64,000 nt of DNA from an uncultured bacterium. GTDB taxonomy: Bacteria; Omnitrophota; Omnitrophia; Omnitrophales; Aquincolibacteriaceae. This document shows positions 47,165 to 59,600 of this stretch, piece after piece. The stretch spans positions 116,010 to 180,009 of the forward strand of contig CAYZYT010000003.1 in NCBI GenBank assembly GCA_964482725.1, written 5' to 3'. Position 1 is the first letter of the stretch. Each line of letters opens with the position of its first letter. A model generated the notes under the pieces. It saw only the letters and a list, made by a program, of their open reading frames with translations, was not told where the DNA came from and made no database searches. Made by a program: the position numbers and the translations under genes.

Positions 47165-48217
47165 ATGGCTTTGTCGCCTCGCAAGAAAGCTAAGGTCGTT
47201 AAGAAAAAGCCTTTGAACAAGGCGCAAGGCAACACCTCCGTAAAAAAAACTGCGGCTAAGTCGGCCGCGTCAACTCTCAAGCGGGTCCCCGTCACTAAAC
47301 GATCTGCTCCGGTCCTTTCCGAAGAGAATCTCCCTGTCATTGTTCACGAAACTGTTCCTGAAGCCGTGATCGTTTCGCCCAAAATTGAGAAACGGACGTA
47401 TCAGGAGATGCCGCGCGAACTTCCCGACAACTACGGCGACAATCAGGTTTATCTTATCGTCCGCGATCCTTATTGGGTCTATGCCTACTGGGAGATCCAG
47501 GAAGACCACCAGCGGCACCATCTTGCGAAACTCGGCGGAAGCTGGGAGAGCGTCGTTTCGGTTCTTCGCGTCTATGACACGACGGAAGAAGGCAAGGCCC
47601 CCTCCGTTTCTGATATCGTTCTCCAGAATATGTGCAAGTGTTGGTATGTCAATACCCAGCCGAACCACAGCTATTTTGTCGAGATCGGGCTCCTGCATCG
47701 TGATGGCCGTTTTATCTGTCTTGCCCGCTCCAATCAGGTGATCACCCCGCGATCCGGGATGTCCGAGGTTATTGATGAGCAGTGGATGAGTGTGGATTTT
47801 GATAAGATGTATGCCCTTTCCGGAGGGTTCGAGGTCGGTAAAAGTTCCGCGGAACTCCGCACGCTCATGGAAGAGCGCTTCAAGAATGCGATAACATCAG
47901 GCTCCGGGGCCGGCGCGGTCTCCAGTTTTTCCAGCCCGGTCAAGATCAAGCCGCGCGGCTTCAATTTCTGGCTTGAGTGCGAACTGATTATCTATGGCGG
48001 CACGGAACCTGACGCCAAGGTGACGATGCAGGGAAGACCCGTTCAGCTCCGGCCGGACGGAACCTTTACGCTTCGTTACGGGTTGCCGGACGGAAAATTT
48101 GTGTTTGATTGTCACGCCGAATCCTCGGACGGTATCGAGGAAAGGGTCATCACCCCGATCGTGAGTCGCAATACAGAAAGGCCCGCTCCTGTCATCAAGG
48201 CAGGAAAGCACTCCTAG
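47165..48217 (+). CDS. DUF4912 domain protein
   Basis: LPDNYGDN...RDPYWVYAYWE, LRVYD, YFVEIG, ARSN.V.TP; C-terminal YGGTEPDA.V...LRPDGTF; Lys-rich N-terminus. Confidence 0.88.
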   Translation: MALSPRKKAKVVKKKPLNKAQGNTSVKKTAAKSAASTLKRVPVTKRSAPVLSEENLPVIVHETVPEAVIVSPKIEKRTYQEMPRELPDNYGDNQVYLIVRDPYWVYAYWEIQEDHQRHHLAKLGGSWESVVSVLRVYDTTEEGKAPSVSDIVLQNMCKCWYVNTQPNHSYFVEIGLLHRDGRFICLARSNQVITPRSGMSEVIDEQWMSVDFDKMYALSGGFEVGKSSAELRTLMEERFKNAITSGSGAGAVSSFSSPVKIKPRGFNFWLECELIIYGGTEPDAKVTMQGRPVQLRPDGTFTLRYGLPDGKFVFDCHAESSDGIEERVITPIVSRNTERPAPVIKAGKHS

Positions 48218-48219
48218 CT

Positions 48220-49797
48220 ATGGAAAAAGGTTTTCTTTCCATAGTGCTTCACGCGCATCTGCCGTTCATTCGCCATCCTGAACACGAATATTTCTTGGAA
48301 GAGGCCTGGCTTTATGAGGCCATCACCGAGACCTACATCCCGCTTATCCATATGTTCGAGGGCCTGGAGCGGGACAACGTTCCTTGGCGACTCACGATGT
48401 CGCTCACCCCTTCGCTTATGTCCATGCTGCGCGACGAGCTCTTGCAGAACCGCTATCTGCGGCATCTGGACAAGATGATCGAGTTGGCCAATAAAGAGAT
48501 CGAGCGAACGCGTTTCCAGCCTGAATTCCATGAAACGGCGCTCCATTATTATTGGGAATTCACGCGAGCAAAGGACACCTTCGAGAACCGCTATCACAGG
48601 GATCTGACCCAGGCTTTCCGGAAATTTCAGGATCGCGGGCATCTGGAGATCATCACTTGTGCTGCGACGCACGGATTTCTCCCCTTGATTAGCCGCAATG
48701 AAGGGACTGTCCGTGCGCAGATCAAGACCGCGGCGGAACTTTATGAAAAAGTGCTCGGCCGCCGTCCGATCGGCATCTGGCTTCCTGAGTGCGGTTATTA
48801 CCCGGGCGTGGATAAATACTTAAAAGAGCAGGGCATTCGTTATTTTCTGACCGACACGCATGGTATCCTTCATGCCTCGCCGCGTCCGAAGTACGGGGTT
48901 TTCGCGCCGATCTTTTGTCCGAGTGGGGTGGCCGCGTTCGGCCGCGATGTGGAATCTTCCAAGCAGGTCTGGTCGGCCATTGAAGGATATCCTGGCGACC
49001 CGGATTACCGGGAATTTTATCGCGATATCGGTTTCGAACTGGATTTCGATTATATCCGTCCCTATATTTCCCCCGACGGCCTGCGCGTCAATACCGGCAT
49101 CAAATATCACCGTATCACGGGCAGCGGCGAAGATAAAAAACCCTACGTGCGGAACTGGGCCATGCAAAAGGCTGCTTCACACGCCGCGAACTTCATGTTC
49201 AATCGAGAGAAGCAAGCGGAATACCTTTATGACTTCATGGGCCGGAAACCCCTGATCGTGGCTCCTTATGACGCGGAACTTTACGGACACTGGTGGTATG
49301 AAGGTCCGGATTTCTTGAACCTTTTCGTGCGCAAGTCTGCCTTCGATCAGAAGACATTCCGTTTGATCGCGCCGTCCGATTATTTCAAGGAATATCCCGT
49401 CAATCAGGTTTCCACCCCCTGTTTCTCAAGCTGGGGTTGGAAGGGATATAGCGAAACATGGCTTTCCAGTGCCAACGACTGGATCTATCGCCACCTTCAC
49501 AAAGCTTCCTTGCGCATGAGCGAGATGGCCCAGAAATTCCGTGGTCAGAACGGGAATGTCGGCCGTGCGCTCAAACAGGCCGCGCGCGAACTTTTTCTCG
49601 CGCAGTCCAGTGACTGGGCGTTTATCATGCATACGGGGACCGTGGTGCCCTATGCCGTGAAACGGACGAAAGAGCATCTTCTCAATTTCACAAAGATCTA
49701 TGACGATCTTATGAATAACCGGCTTGATGAAGGCTGGCTCCGCGAACTGGAAGGGAAGAATAATATCTTTCCGGATGTGGATCACGAAGTCTTTTAA
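48220..49797 (+). CDS. GH57 family 1,4-alpha-glucan branching enzyme (DUF1957)
   Basis: LHAHLPF, EEAWL.EAITETYIPL, THGFLP, WLPEC, YREFYRDIG, YDAELYGHWWYEG, AQSSDW. Confidence 0.95.
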   Translation: MEKGFLSIVLHAHLPFIRHPEHEYFLEEAWLYEAITETYIPLIHMFEGLERDNVPWRLTMSLTPSLMSMLRDELLQNRYLRHLDKMIELANKEIERTRFQPEFHETALHYYWEFTRAKDTFENRYHRDLTQAFRKFQDRGHLEIITCAATHGFLPLISRNEGTVRAQIKTAAELYEKVLGRRPIGIWLPECGYYPGVDKYLKEQGIRYFLTDTHGILHASPRPKYGVFAPIFCPSGVAAFGRDVESSKQVWSAIEGYPGDPDYREFYRDIGFELDFDYIRPYISPDGLRVNTGIKYHRITGSGEDKKPYVRNWAMQKAASHAANFMFNREKQAEYLYDFMGRKPLIVAPYDAELYGHWWYEGPDFLNLFVRKSAFDQKTFRLIAPSDYFKEYPVNQVSTPCFSSWGWKGYSETWLSSANDWIYRHLHKASLRMSEMAQKFRGQNGNVGRALKQAARELFLAQSSDWAFIMHTGTVVPYAVKRTKEHLLNFTKIYDDLMNNRLDEGWLRELEGKNNIFPDVDHEVF

Positions 49798-49799
49798 AA

Positions 49800-49932
49800 G
49801 CCAAGAACATAAACGCTAAATCCTAAGCTCTAGAAAAATCCAAAAAGCAAAGTCTTAAAAGAACCAGGGTTCTGAATTTTTGGTTTTGAATGTTTGAGTT
49901 TATTTAGAGTTTAGTGTTTTATGTTTAGAGTT
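49800..49932. repeat. AT-rich heptamer-periodic inverted repeat
   Basis: CTAAATC CTAAGCT CTAGAAA ... TTTAGAG TTTAGTG TTTTATG TTTAGAG. Confidence 0.7.
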
Positions 49933-49983
49933 TTCTATGGACATCGGCGTGCGTTTTGCACATTTTCTTAAAATAGAGAGGGT

Positions 49984-50202
49984 ATGATCATGCAGGAACA
50001 GTATTACGGGATCGGTGAAACGGCGGGAAAGATCTATAAAACGTTGGAACAAAAAGGGGAGATGACCCTCGCGAGGCTTCTTAAAGAAGTCGCGACAGAT
50101 GAGGCTCTTTTCAACCAGGCTATCGGTTGGCTCGCCCGTGAGAATAATATTAATTTTGGAAAGATCGGCAAGATCGTTAAGGTGTCTCTCCTGAAGGGGT
50201 AA
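49984..50202 (+). CDS. Small winged-helix protein (DUF2582 family)
   Basis: IGETAGKIY..L...AIGWLARE.NI signature. Confidence 0.88.
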   Translation: MIMQEQYYGIGETAGKIYKTLEQKGEMTLARLLKEVATDEALFNQAIGWLARENNINFGKIGKIVKVSLLKG

Positions 50203-50230
50203 CTCTTTCATCAAAGATAATCACGCTTTT

Positions 50231-50269
50231 AAGGCGTGGGGCGATCTCTTGGCCCCGCGCCTTTTTTTT
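50231..50269 (+). terminator. Intrinsic terminator
   Basis: AAGGCGTGGGGC-GATCTCTTG-GCCCCGCGCCTT followed by a T-run. Confidence 0.85.
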
Positions 50270-50496
50270 CTTTCCCCCTGAGTTCCAGCGTCGGCGTAAG
50301 TGCCGGCTTGTCGGCTCCCCCTGAATGCGATGGGGTGTGTGTTTTCGGATAAAAGAAAGTAGCGGTCAGCTGCTCTTCTCGTTGTTTCTCTCTCTGAAGT
50401 CGCTCGTTCTAATCCATGACGGTTAGGCCCGCATTCATTTTCTCCCCAGTTCAATGATTCTTGAAGGGCCGAATTCTATGATTATTTGATTAACGA

Positions 50497-50536
50497 TGCT
50501 ATAAAGTGCTATAAGCGCTGCTATAAATTGTTATAA
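50497..50536 (+). promoter_or_regulatory. Four direct repeats TG(C/T)TATAA upstream of the giant gene
   Basis: Copies start at 50497, 50507, 50519 and 50529 (about one helical turn apart) in an AT-rich region. Confidence 0.5.
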
Positions 50537-50616
50537 ACGGTGTTTTTTATTAAAAAAGTGATGCGGAGCTATTGATTTACCTCATTTTGTAGAGTATTCT
50601 TCTATTAGGGAAGAAA

Positions 50617-53600
50617 ATGAAAAATAAAAATGTTGTAGACCAACTATGGGAATGCAGTGACTCGAAACGTGGAATGGGGAATGGGGAACGTTCTGCGAAT
50701 TTCGAACTGCAGAAGACAGACCAGAGACTAGAGACTGCAGCCTGGAATTTTGGAACGTGTGACAAGCGTTTGGTTTATGAGTCTCCGGTCTCCAGTCTCT
50801 TGTCTCGAGTCGTTTTCAAAAAAGCGGTGGCGCTTGCGACAGCCTTTGTATTCCTTTGGTCGATGTGCATCACGCCGGTGATGGCGGAAACGATCAATGT
50901 CCAGGGCGGCAGTATTGATGTGAATGTTCAGGACAATACGACGAACTGGAATGTCCAGGGCAATCCCGTGTGGAACGTCCCCGAGTTCAATGTGGCGCAA
51001 GGAAACATTTATAACATCGCGGGTCTTAATCAGGGCTCCAGTCTTGCGCTTCTTGTGAACGGCGGCAGTGCCTCCAACATCTTCGGAACGATGAACCTCT
51101 CCAATCTGGATTTCATTCTTCAAAATATCGCCGGCATCAACATCGGCGGAAGTGCCATGATCAATCTCTCGAACGCGTCCCTAATCGCCTCGACATTGCC
51201 ACTCAACCTGAGCACGACGGATTTTCTCTCAAGGGATTATCAGTTCAGCGGGCAGGGCGGGTTCCTGATGAATGCTGGGAAGATCGTCGGGACAAATGCC
51301 GATCTTGTGGCCCTGGTTGCGAACGCCATCGAAAACCGCGGGACGATCGAAGTACCGATGGGTACCGTGGCGCTTGCTGCGGGGAATACGGTCACCGTTG
51401 GCATCTCGCCGGACGGCATGGTCTCGATCGGTGTCGATGAAGCGACAGCGAACAAAATGGGCTTGAAGGATCAGATCAAGAACAGTGGAAGTATCACGGC
51501 CGACGGAGGCCGGGTGGTCCTGAATGCTCAGGCCATGGACGGGCTCTTTGACAAAGCCATCAGCATTGAACGGAGCGGGAACTCTGTCGATGCAGTCCGG
51601 GCGGATAACGGTACTGTCGATTTCCAATCCATGGATGATGTCTTTAACGATGCGGTTATCAAAGCATCGGGCGGGACCGTCAAGATCGCATCAACCCAAG
51701 GCGCCGTGATGAATGCCGGAACCCTTGAAGCAAACAAGGGCAAAGTTGAAGTGACAGCTGCCCAAGAAGTGACGAATAAGGCGAAGATCGAGGCGATCGA
51801 AGGAGCGATCAAGATCATCTCTGAGAAAAGCGACGTGGTGAATCAGGGGACGATGAAGGCGGACAAGGGTGAGATCAAGATCGCCTCGACCCAGGGTGCC
51901 GTGACGAATGCCGGGACTGTGGTGGCGGCTAAAGGTAAAGTCGAAGTCGTGGCCGCTAAAGACGTGACGAATCAAGCGACCGTTCAGGCGGATGAGGGTT
52001 CGATCATCGTCGTGTCCACGAAAAGAGATGTGGTGAATCAGGGGACAATGAAGTCAGAGAAAGGCGAGGTCAAGATCACCTCCACTCAAGGGAACGTGAC
52101 GAATGCCGGGACGGTTGCCGCGGATCATGGCAAGATCGAAGTGACCGCTAAAAAGGATATTGTGAACGACGCCATCATGAGCGGCGTGGGAGGAGAGATC
52201 AAGGTCAATTCCACCGAAGGGGCTATCACGAATAAAGGCACGCTGAAAGCCGACGACGGAGCCATCAGACTCACGGCGGCGCAAACGGTTTATAACAAAA
52301 AACTTATGGATGCGCGACAGGGCAAGATCGAAGTTGAGTCCGTAAAGAGTGACGTGGTGAACGAAGGGACGATGGCGGCTGAAAAAGGCGAGATCAAAGT
52401 CACGTCTCTGGAGGGCAAGATCACGAACGCCGGCATCATGCAGGCCCAGAGCGGCAATATCAAGCTCACCGCCGAACAGGCGGTTTACAACAAAATGCTC
52501 ATCGAAGCGCTTGGCGGTAAGGTGGAAGTGACCTCCAAGAAAGCGGAGGTTACGAACGATGGTACGCTTGACGCGGTGGGAGGAAAAGTCGCGCTGACTG
52601 CGGCGGGCGCAGTGGAAACAAAGGGCGTTTTGAAAGCGGCGGAAGTGACCGAGCGTGGCGCGAGCTTCAAGATGGGCGGGCGGGTCGAAGTCGGGACGAT
52701 GGATATGGATAACCTCGACAATCGCGCGGACATCGCGGCGCTGGCCGAACTTTCCGGTGTTTTTTCAGACGAAGATGACATTACCGTCCTCGGCGATTTC
52801 AGTCTTGTCGGAGATACCACGATCTGGACCGATTCCAATGTGACTGGGACGGACGGGACGCTCACCTGGGATGCGGATCATACCGTGACTGGGAACGGCC
52901 ACGACCTCACGCTCAAAGTCTCCAAGAATTCCACCGTCGGCGCGATCACAGGCGTGGATCTTCTCACGCTCGACAAGAACACCGACAAGACGCCGACTTA
53001 TACCGGCTCCACCGCCAATGACATCAGCGTGAACACTTTCAAGACCATGAACGGCGTGACCTTTTCCAAGACCGTCACCGGAAGAGACGGCCTCGCCGCG
53101 AATACAGCCTTTCTTGTCTACGATGTGACCCAACTCCAGGGCATGGCCAATGACCTGGATGCCTTTTATGAAGTCGCCAACAACATTGACGCCTCCGAGA
53201 CCTCAAGCTGGAATGCCGGTGCCGGTTTCGATCCTGTGGGAAATGTCGATCCGGGGACCGAGTTTACGGGAACGTTTGACGGTGCAAACCACACCATTTC
53301 TGATCTTAAGATCAGCACCTCTTCCGACAATGTCGGCCTTTTCGGCTATATCTCCGGGGCCGGAGCCATGATCTCAGATATCCGGCTCTTGAATGTCGCT
53401 GTCGCGGGCGGTACTTACGTTGGCGGACTCGTAGGATTTAATGCCGGCGGCTCCGTTGATAATGCAGGCAGCAACGGGACTGTTAGTGGTAGTAATGTCG
53501 GCGGGCTAGTGGGACAGAATGAAGGTTTTATCAGTAACTCTTACGGCGGCGGAACCCTCAGCGGTGGCAATGTCGGCGGCTTCGTGGGATACAATACGGG

Positions 53601-56600
53601 CACTATCAGCTACTCCTACAGTACGGGGAGTGTCAGCGGCGGTAACAATGTCGGCGGATTGGTGGCGGTGAATAGTGGACCTATCAGTTACTCCTATAGC
53701 AATGCAGATGTTTTTAGCAGCAATTCTTCTATCGGCGGGTTGGTGGGAAATAACTCCTTTGCTACCATCAGTAACTCCTACAGCACCGGACGCGTTTTCG
53801 GCGGTCAGTATGTGGGCGGGTTGGTGGGTATCAACGATAACGGTTTTGTCAATAATTCCTACAGCACAGGAAATGTTGTTGGAAGTGGTTCTTATTATAG
53901 CAATGGTCAGTACATCGGCGGGTTGGTGGGAGGTAACTGGTATGGCTCGGTCACTGATTCCTACAGTACGGGAAGTGTAAGCGGCGGAATCCGTGTGGGG
54001 GGATTGGTGGGTATGAACGATTGGAGTTCCATCAATAATTCCTATGCGACAGGAAATGTATCAGGCAATACCGCGTCTAACAATTTAGTCGGGCCTCTCA
54101 CAGGTACTCAGGGCACTATTAATAATTCCTACTACGTGTCAGGCACTGCCAGCAATAGTGGCGGCGGTACAGTCAATACCTATGGAACCGGGACTGATAC
54201 CGTAGCCAATTTTCAGAATCCGGCTCACACAGCCTTGGTTTACACAGCGGGTGCTTCTCCTTGGACATTCAATGCCTCCAACTGGAAGGTCGTGACCTAC
54301 GATGATGATTATCCCTATCTGACGTTCGAGGAGAATGTTAATACGGCGGCTCAACTTAAAGCTATCTCTGGCGGTGATTTAACGGCCCGATACAGGCAGG
54401 GCGCCGATATCGATCTGACCAGCGTAGATTTTACCTCCTATATCATCGGTAACACTACGGCTTTTACGGGCACATACAATGGCAATGGTTATACTATTTC
54501 TAATCTTACAATAAGTGCGCCGACCACGGATAATGTCGGGCTCTTCGGATCCACATCCAACGCGACGATCCTTTCCAACATACATCTCCAGAACGTGGAT
54601 ATTTCCGGTCAATCGAGCGTCGGCGGATTGGTGGGGTCCAATAGCGGTGCTTTTATCAGCAATTCATCGGTTTCCGGGATTGTAAGCAGTACAGGTGATT
54701 ATGTAGGCGGGCTTGCGGGATCGAGCTTTGGCTCTATCAGTAATTCTTACAGCTCCGGCAGTGTAACAGGCGGTGGCGATTATGCCGGCGGGTTGGTGGG
54801 AAGTGTTTTTTTTAGCACCCTCAGTAACACCTACAGTACTTCGAGCGTAAGCGGTCATGATTATGTGGGCGGGTTGGTGGCATACAGTGAAGGTATAACC
54901 ATTCTTAACTCCTACAGCACCGGGAATGTAAGCGGTGCTAGCTATGTCGGTGGTTTGCAGGGATTTAGTGATGGTTCCATCGATAATTCGTTTAGTACAG
55001 GACGTGTCACTGCTACCGGTAGTTATGTGGGCGGTTTGGTGGGAGGAAATTGGAGCACAATTACCAATTCCGGATGGTATGACAACGCCGGAGATAGTGC
55101 CACTTATGCCATCGGAAGCGCCTCAGCGGACATCACCTACAATGTCGGGAAAGCAGGTACGGACGGAGGCGGCAAATATTACTATGCATCTTCTGACTCG
55201 ACCTGGTTCTTCGATTCCTCGAAGGATATTTATGATACGGGCGCGACTCCGTGGGATATTGCCGCAACGCATGATGGCTCTGCTTGGGCGATGTCGGGGA
55301 GTAATAGCGCGTTCCCGCTCCTGCAGATGCGTTACTCCACGACGATTACTGACGCTGTTCAGCTCCAGTTGATGTTCCTTGATCTCGCAGGTAATTACAC
55401 TCTCGCCAACAACATCAGCGCTGCGGAAACCTCGACCTGGAACGCTGGTCTCGGATTCGATCCGGTGGGAGACAGTACGAATGAATTCAGGGGAATTTTT
55501 GACGGTAATTCGAAGGTGATCACAGGCCTTACGATCAACAGAGAAACCGAGAGTTATGTCGGCCTTTTTGGGCAAACAAGCGCCGCGACAATTTCAGACA
55601 TCGGCCTCTCTGACGTCAATGTCAAAGGCCTCGAGTTTACCGGCGGACTGGTGGGCTACAATTACAACAGCACGATCGAAAATTCTTTTTCAGCAGGTAC
55701 CGTGACGGGCGCTGATGCGAGTTCCCAAATCGGAGGTCTCGTGGGTAAAAATGATTCTTCAGGCGAGATTACCCATTCTTATTCCACCGGGACTGTCACT
55801 GCCGGCAGCGGGAGTTATCGTGTCGGCGGGCTTGTGGGTTATGCCGGCTCTACAAGTAATATCAACGATTCCTATTCCACGGCGGACGTGACAGGCGTCG
55901 GCGATAGTTCTTATCTCGGCGGTCTTTTGGGCTTTAATAATGGCGGTGCCATCGCCAGCTCTTACGCGTCAGGTACCGTAACAGGCGGCGTTGGAAGCTA
56001 CAATATGGGCGGCCTTGTCGGGACGAATTATAACGGCGGCACGATCAATAAGTCCTACTCCACCGGGGCTGTCACGGGAAATGACGACAGTTATCAACTG
56101 GGCGGACTTGTGGGGCAAAACGGTACTGCCGGCGCTGCAAGCGTGGTCAGCAACTCTTATTCCACGAGTAACGTAACGGGCGGCAGCAATAGTTATCGTC
56201 TCGGTGGACTTGTGGGAGAGAACAGCTCCAGCGATATTACCAACGCCTATTCATCCGGAACTGTCGCAGGTGCAGACGGTACCTCCCAAGTGGGCGGTCT
56301 TGTGGGTTTTAATAATTCAGGCGACGTCACGAACTCCTTTTCGGCAGGCGCCGTCACCGGCGGTACCGGCAGCGACCACATCGGCGGTCTTGTCGGTGAT
56401 GATGTCACCGGCACCTACGTCAACAACTGGTATGTTTCCACCAGCCAGGGGATTAGCAATAAAGCGGATGTTGTAGGCGAGGTGAGCAAGGAGACCGACG
56501 GCGCGAGCGCTTTCTTTGATTCTGCGCATCCGGTCTATTGGCTTAATGGCATTCCCTCAGGGACGGCTGCTTGGGATATCCATACGACTTACAATGCCAG

Positions 56601-59600
56601 CAATATATGGGCGATGCAGGGGACAGGCGAAATGCTTCCGATGCTCCAGATGCGCTATGCGACGGACATCACGGATGCCGTATCGTTACAGCTGATGTTC
56701 CTCAACCTCGCAGGCAATTACACCCTCGCAAATAACATCGATGCTTCGGAGACTGCGACCTGGAATGCCGGTCTTGGCTTCGATCCGGTGGGCAATAACG
56801 CGGGCCGGTTCACGGGTTCGTTCGACGGGAACGGATATTCCATCAGCGGGCTGATCATCGATCGGACCACGGATCATACCGGTCTCTTCGGTTACGCGCA
56901 GTCCTCCAACAGTTTCACCGATGTTAACCTCACGGGCGTGTCGATCACGGGCGCCAATAACGTTGGCGGCTTGATCGGAACGAGTGACGGAGTGAGCGTG
57001 TCGGGTTCTTCCGTGGCCGGCGCGGTGAGCGGCTCGGGCCAGCAGATCGGCGGCCTCATCGGTTTTATGACGGAGGGAATTCTTTCGGACTCCTACACGA
57101 CGGCTTCCGTGACCGCTACGGGAACGAGCGATAGCGTGGGTGGCATTGTCGGCGGGCTTACAGCCGGGACGATCGAGAGAGCTTATGCCTCCGGAGATAT
57201 TTCAGGTTATGGGAATGTGGGCGGCATTGCCGGATATGCGGACACTTCCAGCACGATCAAAAATGTTTACTCCACCGGACACGTGACGGGGACTTCCTGG
57301 TGCATCGGCGGTATCGTTGGCTGGTTTGATTCGAGCACGCTTGAAAATTCCTACGCCTCGGGAAGGGTCGAGGGTGGCTCGGGCGACAGCGGGGATGTGG
57401 GCGGACTTGTAGGAACCAACAAATCGACCAGCACGGTGAAGAATTCTTTCGCGACGGGACTGGTCACCGGCCAAACCGATGTGGGCGGCGCAATCGGCGA
57501 TAACGCCAGCGCTACGAATGTGAACAACTGGTGGTACAGCGCCACCGCCCAGGGCGTCGGGGCCGGTTCCGCGTCGGGAGTGAGCCAGGAGACGAACGGT
57601 GCTGCAGCTTTCTACGACCCCAGCCATCCAGTGTATAACGGCACCACAACCTGGGATTTCGCCACACCGGTTTGGGTGGAAACCGCGAATACCTATCCTC
57701 TCTTAGCGTTTCAATTCACAGTCATCTCGACTCCTGAACAGTTAGAGGCGGTGTCGAGTGGTAATCTTGCCGGATACTATCGGCTTGGAGACGATATTGA
57801 TCTGGCCGGTATTGATTTTACGCCTTATATGATCGGGAATGATGCCACGGCATTCTCAGGTATCTTTGCGGGGGCCGGGCATACGATATCCAATCTATCC
57901 ATAAACAGCGGATCGAATAACGTGGGATTGTTCGGATATACGAATGGCGCCCGATTTTCAAATATTGGATTGATCAATACCGATGTCACAGGCACCGGTT
58001 ATGCCACCGGGGGATTAGTGGGGGTGAGTTACTACTCCGCCATAGCCCATGCCTATTCCTTGGGGACTGTAACGGGTTCTTTTATCACCGGCGCCTTGGT
58101 GGGCTATAATTTCTCTTCGCCTATTTCTAATTCTTATGCCGCGAGTACTGTCGTGGGTTATCAAACCACCGGCGGCTTGGTAGGAAGTAATTCCTACTCC
58201 GACATCTCTAATTCCTACTCCACGGGCACTGTCACAGGGACGGGAACCGGCGGAGGTGATTATTCCACCGGCGGCTTAGTGGGATGGAATGAAGCATCCA
58301 CCATCTTTAGTTCTTATTCCGCGAGCGCCGTAACAGGTGCGGGTTATTCCACCGGCGGTTTAGTGGGATGGAATGGTTACGCCATCATCTCGAACTCCTA
58401 TTCCGTCGGTCCGGTCATAGGAACTGGTTATGCCACCGGCGGCTTAGCCGGAGTTAATAATTTGTCCGAGATCACCAACTCCTACTCTGCGGGTACTGTG
58501 GCAGGCAATAATGCCGCCGGAGGGGTGGTGGGATTTAACCGCTATTCCACCATCACCAACTCCTTTGCCACCGGGAGGGTGGATGGTTCTCTGTACATCG
58601 GCGGCCTTGTGGGCGACGATTTCAGTGGCACCTATGCCAACAGCGGTTGGTACAAAGATCCCGCCGGCGATGCCGTCTACGCCATAGGGGACACTTCGAC
58701 GGACGCTACCTATAACGTAGGAAAGTCCGGTACAGATTCAGGGGACCTACATTACTTTTCTACTGCCACCCCGAGCTGGTTCTACGATAAAACGCAGGAC
58801 ATTTATGATACAGGCGCGACGCCGTGGGATTTTGATGCGGATGGTGTTTCGGCTGGACATAACGGCAACTGGATCATGGCGGGCCTGCCGCACCTGCAGA
58901 ATGAATGGACGGACACCATTACCAACGTCGCGCAACTCCAGATGATGGCGCTTGATCTTGATGCCAATTACACCCTCGCCAATAATATCGATGCTTCGGA
59001 TACCGTCAACTGGAACGCTGGCCTCGGCTTTGATCCGGTGGGGTATTCGACCATTGTGAATTCGATGGACCATCCTTATACCGGAAATTTTGATGGGAAT
59101 TCCCATACGATCACGGGGCTTACGATCAATCGTCCCACAGAGGATTTCGTGGGTCTTTTTGGAGGTATCTCGGGGAATGTACACGATGTCGGGCTTACCA
59201 ATGTGTCTGTCACAGGGGCTGCGTATGCCAGCGGCTTAGTTGCCATGAACCTTGGTACGATCGATAAATCATATTCACAAGGTGCCGTTAGCGGTTCAGA
59301 CGCTGTTGGCGTGCTATGTGGATATAATGGATATCTCTCGGGCTCTATTTCGAATTCCTATTCAACGGGAACAGTTCGCACCAGTTGGAGAGACGTGGGG
59401 GGACTGGTCGGGACCAATGCCGGCATCATTCTCAACAGCTATTCATCGGCTGCTGTGACAGGAGGATCGCTTACCACTTCCGGGGGTCTCGTGGGGTATT
59501 TCCCCGCAGGGAGTATCTCTAACAGCTACGCAACGGGGATTGCCACAGGTCCCAGCAATGTGGGCGGGCTGATTGGCTATTATAGTGCCGGTACGCTGAC

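Noticed and set aside
6267-49932. CRISPR interpretation of the short repeats
   Set aside because: No 25-40 bp direct repeats with unique spacers and no cas genes.
50221-50454. 77-aa minus-strand ORF
   Set aside because: Runs across a terminator hairpin and has no coding features.
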